Source: a virus. From it: a DNA stretch of 64,000 nucleotides. Positions 58,919 to 64,000 of this stretch are shown here, in pieces; within the stretch, counting starts at the first letter, position 1, and the number at the start of each line of letters is the position of its first letter. The notes below the pieces were generated by a model. It was not told the origin of the DNA, searched no databases, and saw only the letters and a list, made by a program, of their open reading frames with translations. Where the stretch lies: positions 1 through 64,000 of the IMG/VR virus record IMGVR_UViG_3300024261_002043; one strand, written 5' to 3'. A program made the position numbers and the translations under genes.

Positions 58919-60181
58919 TTATAACTCCGAAATATCATAGCGTTCAACAACTCTTTCGCCTTCTCGCCAGTTGTCGACTAGTGTCTTAAGCGAATCATGC
59001 CATTTATCAATGGTGGCTTCCATGCTAAACTCGGACTGTACGTACTCTCTTGCCTTCTCACCGATTGCGCTACGTTCATCTTCACTCATGGAGTATATTT
59101 TATGTATCGCATCGGCTGTGTCTTCTATAGACGAATAGTCCTCGTAAATATACGGTACTGTTTGAGAACCAACACATGACCTAAGCTTTATATCTAGGGC
59201 GACGCCATTCTCTGAACCATCTCGATGGTCTATGACTTGTCTTGTTAGCCCACCGGTTTTTGATGCTATTATCGGGTTTCCGACTTTCATGGACTCTAAA
59301 GTCGCTAGCCCAAAGCCTTCAGCGTACGCGATGTTGAGGCAAACGTCGGATATGTTATGAAGCACGTTCATTTGATCAAATCCGAGTCTTTCCTTAGAAA
59401 ATTTTACGCTATCAAGTACACCAAAGTTGTTTGCTACAGCTATAAGATCTGGACCTTCTTGATCATGAGGATCAGTATGCATTAAAAGTGTAGCGCCTCT
59501 ATCTTCAGGTGTTAACTTTTTCCTAAACTCGCTCCAGGCCTCTATTACGTCGGCCGGCCTTTTTCTTTTAGCATTTCTATTTACCCAAAATACAACAAAG
59601 TCGTCCTTTCTTTGAGACCCTAAAAGCTGCGTCTTAAATCGGTTTTTTTCTTCCTTGGGCAATGGAAAAAACAGTTCATCTGGAAGCGCATGAGGTATAA
59701 AGTTAGTTCTTTCTGGAAAATGCTCTTTAACCATTCTATAAGTTAGATGTGAATGACAATTTATTAAATCTGTTGAGGCATAGTAGTCAAAATTAAACTT
59801 AGGTGTTGGATGATTGTCCCAAACATGCCAATAGGCTATAGGGCATATCTGATGTATTTCATCCTCCATAGCCCATAACCACGTAAAGAATCTAGGATCT
59901 GTAAAGATCATAAGAACGTCAGGTTTTTCTGCAGCTAATGCAACGCGCAGCATATCTGGATTGCCAAAGCCGTCGATAGGCTTAATCACAAAATCAGGAT
60001 GAGGTTGTTGGACTGAATAGTCTACGTGCTTTAGAGCAGCCCCAAATTGCCTTACTGTCCAACAGCCTTTCTCTATCAGGCCGTTCATTAAAAACCTAGA
60101 CTGACACCCAACACCTGACGTACTCATCGCGTGATCAGATAATAAGAGTATCTTCATTTTCTTGCTTTGCATTTCCAGCAC
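58919..60181 (-). CDS. Glycosyltransferase, GT-B/GT4-like
   Basis: KILLLSDH..SGVG, NRNAKRK, AEGFGLATLESMKVGNPIIASKTGG. Confidence 0.9.
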   Translation of the reverse strand: MLEMQSKKMKILLLSDHAMSTSGVGCQSRFLMNGLIEKGCWTVRQFGAALKHVDYSVQQPHPDFVIKPIDGFGNPDMLRVALAAEKPDVLMIFTDPRFFTWLWAMEDEIHQICPIAYWHVWDNHPTPKFNFDYYASTDLINCHSHLTYRMVKEHFPERTNFIPHALPDELFFPLPKEEKNRFKTQLLGSQRKDDFVVFWVNRNAKRKRPADVIEAWSEFRKKLTPEDRGATLLMHTDPHDQEGPDLIAVANNFGVLDSVKFSKERLGFDQMNVLHNISDVCLNIAYAEGFGLATLESMKVGNPIIASKTGGLTRQVIDHRDGSENGVALDIKLRSCVGSQTVPYIYEDYSSIEDTADAIHKIYSMSEDERSAIGEKAREYVQSEFSMEATIDKWHDSLKTLVDNWREGERVVERYDISEL

Positions 60182-60255
60182 TACTCCAAACGATTAAAAA
60201 GCTTATGTGTGTAATCATATCTTATAACAACAGGAAGTATATTTATCTGCTGTAT

Positions 60256-61140
60256 TCACCCAGGACAGTTGGTTGTTCCCTTAAATTCGCAGAACAAGCA
60301 TGACTGTCTATTTTTTAAATAAATACCTCTTCTAACAGACTTTACCATGCTTCTCATTATTGACAAAGCATTCTCTTCAGCTTTTGGACCTACTGATACT
60401 TTAACTAGTTCGCATGTATTACCAGGCTTTCCGCCTCTTTTAAGTAATACAAAACCACACTTAACTTGCTTTGTATCAAATCCATTCTTCTTCATCCAAA
60501 AAGATTTGTATAAAGCAATTTGAGCCCATGTCAAGATATCTCTTCTTTTAGATGCGTACCAACCTTTATCACCTGCTGTCTTCCAGTCAATGACGTAATA
60601 GAATTCCTTACCTTTAATCTTAACTTTTAAGCACGCATCTATGAACCCTTTAAAAAATATATCATATCCATCAACGAACTCGTAAAGTTGTTCCTCTGCG
60701 CTTATAACACTCCACTCATCGAATTCGCTATCTAAAAAAGCTGGTAATTCTTCAAGAGAGTTTTTTGCCCACTCTAACCAAGAAGGAAGATAATCATGAG
60801 ACTTTGGTTTCCAGCCTTGAGACTTTCGATAATCAGCTTGTGACTTTATCCACTCGTCAGAGTCGAAACCTTTTTCTTCCCACGCTTCAGTTATCTTGTT
60901 TAAGACAGCTTGGACGTCCATGGTCTTGGTTTTTAAAAAGTTTTCTATACCGTCATGTAGCGCTGTGCCATAAGAAAGATAAGGACTTGGATCGTCTTTT
61001 ACAATCTTGTCGATATACGTTAGTTTATGCCGCCAAGGACACTCTTTCCAAAGACGAATCTCAGAATAAGAAACATGAGGCTTGTTGGTCGGAAACGAAA
61101 TAAGATCTATTCGTTCTTTATCATTAATATTATTCTTCAT
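60256..61140 (-). CDS. PD-(D/E)XK nuclease, AddB/Cas4-like with 1+3 Cys Fe-S motif
   Basis: SYS..CP, GTALH, GFID..VIDWKT, QIALY, CLFC..C. Confidence 0.85.
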   Translation of the reverse strand: MKNNINDKERIDLISFPTNKPHVSYSEIRLWKECPWRHKLTYIDKIVKDDPSPYLSYGTALHDGIENFLKTKTMDVQAVLNKITEAWEEKGFDSDEWIKSQADYRKSQGWKPKSHDYLPSWLEWAKNSLEELPAFLDSEFDEWSVISAEEQLYEFVDGYDIFFKGFIDACLKVKIKGKEFYYVIDWKTAGDKGWYASKRRDILTWAQIALYKSFWMKKNGFDTKQVKCGFVLLKRGGKPGNTCELVKVSVGPKAEENALSIMRSMVKSVRRGIYLKNRQSCLFCEFKGTTNCPG

Positions 61141-61148
61141 ACTATCTA

Positions 61149-61177
61149 ATCATAGTAGGAAAATGGTAGGTTTACAA
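61149..61177 (-). promoter_or_regulatory. Host sigma70-type promoter
   Basis: TTGTAA-17 bp-TATGAT, 8 nt before the nuclease ATG. Confidence 0.65.
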
Positions 61178-61183
61178 GATAAT

Positions 61184-62155
61184 CTACTTTAAGCCTTCGA
61201 GTCGTTTGAGATCTGACTCATACATCATCTTTGCCAGTGTGTCTATATCGACCTCTGGGGACCATCCAAGTTTATCTAATGCCTTCTTAGGATCACCTAA
61301 TAAAAGTGGGACCTCGTGTGGACGGAACAACCTTTCGTCAACCTTAACATACTCTTCTACATCTAGACCAGCTATATCAAATACTTTGTTTAAGAAGTCT
61401 CTAACAGTAAAAGTTTCACCAGTAGCTATAACATAATCATCTGGCGACTCTTGCTGTAGCATTAACCACATAGCGTCTACGTAATCTCCGGCAAACCCCC
61501 AGTCTCTTTTTGCATCTAGGTTCCCTAGATATAACTTATCTTGGAGGCCTAACTTTATCTTAGCGGCGGCAAGAGTTATTTTTCTAGTCACAAATGTTTC
61601 ACCTCTACGAGGGCTTTCATGATTAAACAGTATACCACTTGATATGTGCATATTGTAAGAGGCCCTATAGTTTCTGCATAGATTATGTGCGAAGGCTTTA
61701 GCACATGCATAAGGACTTGCTGGTTGGAGAGTTGTTAATTCAGACTGCGGTGCTTCCGGATTGTCACCAAACATTTCAGATGAACTTGCTTGATACATTC
61801 TTATGCTAGGGTCTACTAACCGAATAGCTTCCAAGATCTTTAACGTCCCCATTGCAATTGTGTCAACAGTCTCTATTGGAACATCAAAAGAAACTCTGAC
61901 GTGTGATTGTGCGGCTAAGTTATAGAATTCTTGTGGTCTATACTTTGTTAATAACCTGTATAAAGATGATGAGTCATGTAGTGAGTAATATTCTAAACAA
62001 AGCATTGGGTTATCGAATATATGATCTATTCTATCTGTAGATAATAGGCTAGTTCTTCTTTTTAGACCAACGACCCTATAGCCCTTCTTTAACAAAAGCT
62101 CTGCTAGATATGAGCCGTCTTGTCCTGTTATTCCAGTTATCATAGCTGTTTTCAT
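61184..62155 (-). CDS. gmd: GDP-mannose 4,6-dehydratase (start revised to ATG 62155)
   Basis: ITGITGQDGSYLAELLL, YNLAAQSHV, QASSSEMFG, SPYACAK, GILFNHESPRRGETFVTRKIT, RDWG; AGGAG at 62161-62165. Confidence 0.96.
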   Translation of the reverse strand: MKTAMITGITGQDGSYLAELLLKKGYRVVGLKRRTSLLSTDRIDHIFDNPMLCLEYYSLHDSSSLYRLLTKYRPQEFYNLAAQSHVRVSFDVPIETVDTIAMGTLKILEAIRLVDPSIRMYQASSSEMFGDNPEAPQSELTTLQPASPYACAKAFAHNLCRNYRASYNMHISSGILFNHESPRRGETFVTRKITLAAAKIKLGLQDKLYLGNLDAKRDWGFAGDYVDAMWLMLQQESPDDYVIATGETFTVRDFLNKVFDIAGLDVEEYVKVDERLFRPHEVPLLLGDPKKALDKLGWSPEVDIDTLAKMMYESDLKRLEGLK

Positions 62156-62190
62156 AATCACTCCTGATTCATATTACGAATAAGCAATTC

Positions 62191-62219
62191 ATTATATAAA
62201 AGCTTATCCAGATTTTCAA
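62191..62219 (-). promoter_or_regulatory. Host sigma70-type promoter for gmd
   Basis: TTGAAA-17 bp-TATAAT. Confidence 0.7.
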
Positions 62220-63076
62220 ATCATCTCTTTAATTTCTGGAATGGTAAATTTTTCAACTTCACTAGAATACTTTCCGTTCTCAAGTATTTTTTCGTGTAGG
62301 TTTTCGCCGGGTTGAAGACCAATCACCTTTATTTTTAGTTCAGAGTTTTTAGGCAGATATTTCTCTGACATTGCTTTCAATAAGTCCCCTATACTCATAG
62401 ACTTCATTTCAGGAACATAGGGTTTTGAGCTATTTGATACCTCCATACATTCGAATATCAAGTCTACAGCTTGATCAACCGTCCAAAAGTATCTGGTCGC
62501 GGTAGGGTCAGTTACGATAACTTCCTTTCCTTCCTGTAATAATTTTTTCCACTTACACAATACAGAGCCTGTTGAATATAGAACATTTCCATACCTGACT
62601 ATTCTAAATTTAGTACTAGGGTAATTTTCTTCAAATTGGTCGAATAGTCTTTCCATCAAATATTTGCTGGCACCATAAACACCAACTACTTGAGCTGCTT
62701 TGTCGGTACTAATACCCATAACGAACTCAAGTTTTTCTACTGCTGCGGCTTCTAGAATATTTAAGGTGCCTAGCACATTAGATTTCACGCACTCCCTTGT
62801 TTGCGTTTCCGCTAGTCCAACATGCTTAAAAGCAGCTAGATGAAAAACTCCGGATACACCTTGAATTGCTTGATGTATGTCAAACTTATCGCATATATCA
62901 CCCGTGAATATTTCTATGCTAGGAAATCTTTGCTTTAGCTCTATTAGCTTTCCTTCGTTTCTAGAAAGCGTTACAACCTTACCACCTGCAGATATAATTT
63001 TTTCAATTAACTCCGAACCTAAAAAGCCGCTACCACCAGTTATCAAGTATCTTTTATTTTTTTCTATGTTTATCAT
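62216..63076 (-). CDS. UDP-GlcNAc 4,6-dehydratase-like SDR (PseB/FlaA1/CapD family)
   Basis: ITGGSGFLG, FHLAAFKHV, ISTDKA, YGASK, RYGNV, TR, IGLQPGENLHE. Confidence 0.85.
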   Translation of the reverse strand: MINIEKNKRYLITGGSGFLGSELIEKIISAGGKVVTLSRNEGKLIELKQRFPSIEIFTGDICDKFDIHQAIQGVSGVFHLAAFKHVGLAETQTRECVKSNVLGTLNILEAAAVEKLEFVMGISTDKAAQVVGVYGASKYLMERLFDQFEENYPSTKFRIVRYGNVLYSTGSVLCKWKKLLQEGKEVIVTDPTATRYFWTVDQAVDLIFECMEVSNSSKPYVPEMKSMSIGDLLKAMSEKYLPKNSELKIKVIGLQPGENLHEKILENGKYSSEVEKFTIPEIKEMI

Positions 63077-63091
63077 TGTTTAAATCCTATA

Positions 63092-63868
63092 CTACGCTCT
63101 TCCAGAGTCGCTACCATCTTGATGCGTAATCATTTTATCATCGTCTTTTGAGCCATAAACATACACTCCCCATTTTTCATGTGCATATTCAAACCCCTCA
63201 CTTTTTATGTCTTTAGTGTACTCGCTATATAAGTTTTGCTCTACTGCCCCGACTAATCTGGGTTGAGGATTGGATGCTATGTCAATCCAGTCCTCAATAA
63301 ATTTGGACACCCTTATTATGTGGGGATGAGTCGCAATAGAATCTGTTTTCATAAGAGCAAAGCTGATGTCTTTTTTTTCTTCTAAATAAGTTTCCCAAAC
63401 ATATCGCTCTTGATCACCAGGAGCCAGATTCGATATATGAGGCTTCCAATTAGGTCGCTTATTAAATCTAACAAAGTTAATATTATTATGATCTTTCATG
63501 AAATGTATTAAACCAGTTATGTCAACGTTTCTTAAGAATTTCCAATCGTGCTCACAACAAAATGCAAAAGGTGTTGTAGTTTCTTTAAGCGCTTTTATGT
63601 AGTTTTTTTGTAACCCGCTAATCTTAACACCTTCATGAGAGTTGTCTACAACAACTACATCTTTTAAATTTCTAAGATTTTCTACATACTCTAAGTGGTG
63701 ATGGTTCGTGGAATCGCTATCGCAATATATCATAAACTTGCAGCCTTCTATTCCTGAGAATCTACTCTTAATCGATTTTATTGTTGCCTCGATGAAGTAT
63801 GTAGATGGCGCAGAAGGTAACACATGCGTTGTCAAAATGACAGTTAACTCTTCATTTAGATTAATCAC
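63092..63868 (-). CDS. Putative GT-A (GT2-like) glycosyltransferase (start revised to GTG 63868)
   Basis: LTVILTTH, IYCD, TTPFAFCCEHDW (DxD-like), VRFNKR; GTG follows the upstream stop by 1 nt with GAGG RBS. Confidence 0.55.
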   Translation of the reverse strand: MINLNEELTVILTTHVLPSAPSTYFIEATIKSIKSRFSGIEGCKFMIYCDSDSTNHHHLEYVENLRNLKDVVVVDNSHEGVKISGLQKNYIKALKETTTPFAFCCEHDWKFLRNVDITGLIHFMKDHNNINFVRFNKRPNWKPHISNLAPGDQERYVWETYLEEKKDISFALMKTDSIATHPHIIRVSKFIEDWIDIASNPQPRLVGAVEQNLYSEYTKDIKSEGFEYAHEKWGVYVYGSKDDDKMITHQDGSDSGRA

Positions 63869-63869
63869 G

Positions 63870-64000
63870 CTAGTATCCTCTGATTTCTGGATAATTTTCC
63901 AAGAACCAGTCACAGGTCTTTTTTAGCCCTTCTCTTAATGGTGTGTATTGGTTTTGAGACCATCCAGAGTCTATTAAGTTTTTATTAGAGCTTGGCTTTC
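63870..64000 (-). CDS. Partial C-terminus of a GDP-L-fucose synthase-like epimerase/reductase
   Basis: Not in the ORF track. Reads KPSSNKNLIDSGWSQNQYTPLREGLKKTCDWFLENYPEIRGY*, typical Fcl/WcaG-type extended-SDR end; gmd nearby. Confidence 0.65.
   Translation of the reverse strand, partial: KPSSNKNLIDSGWSQNQYTPLREGLKKTCDWFLENYPEIRGY

Noticed and set aside
60256-61140. Cas4-like nuclease as evidence for a CRISPR system
   Set aside because: No repeat-spacer array or other cas gene was seen; solo PD-(D/E)XK Fe-S nucleases are common in phages.
1-64000. Numerous plus-strand ORFs in the track (e.g. 28617..29186, 36608..37183, 37460..38041, 54619..55113)
   Set aside because: They are essentially antisense shadows of long minus-strand genes, with no recognisable motifs.
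1-64000. Stop-codon reassignment (common in some jumbo phages)
   Set aside because: Core genes are full length in the standard code; TAA, TAG and TGA all end genes with tight packing.

Overview
This 64 kb window is a continuous, minus-strand-coded segment of a large T4-like (myovirus, probably jumbo) phage genome. In transcription order (right to left) it holds: a nucleotide-sugar/glycosyltransferase cluster (partial fcl-like gene, GT-A-like protein, PseB/CapD-like dehydratase, gmd, an Fe-S PD-(D/E)XK nuclease, two GT4 enzymes); a gp55-like late sigma factor; baseplate genes (gp5-, gp25-, gp6-, gp7/P2 gpI-like); about 35 kb of large LamG/FN3/fibre-type virion proteins; a RuvC, primase and fused Mre11-Rad50 cassette; and the head module (TerL, portal, prohead protease, scaffold, expanded major capsid protein, duplicated decoration-like genes). 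No tRNA, rRNA, CRISPR array, intron/intein or mobile element was recognised. The main hypothesis is a phage-encoded virion glycosylation system: [S/T]-G-S is strongly over-represented in baseplate/fibre proteins, next to GDP-fucose and UDP-GlcNAc-dehydratase genes and three glycosyltransferases. Other observations: a non-T4 late-promoter motif (ATA[T/C/G]TTA), a longer element shared by two leaders 33 kb apart, tail-collar-like half-motifs spread over four genes, and modular fibre proteins. All assignments come from reading motifs by eye; no database searches were run.
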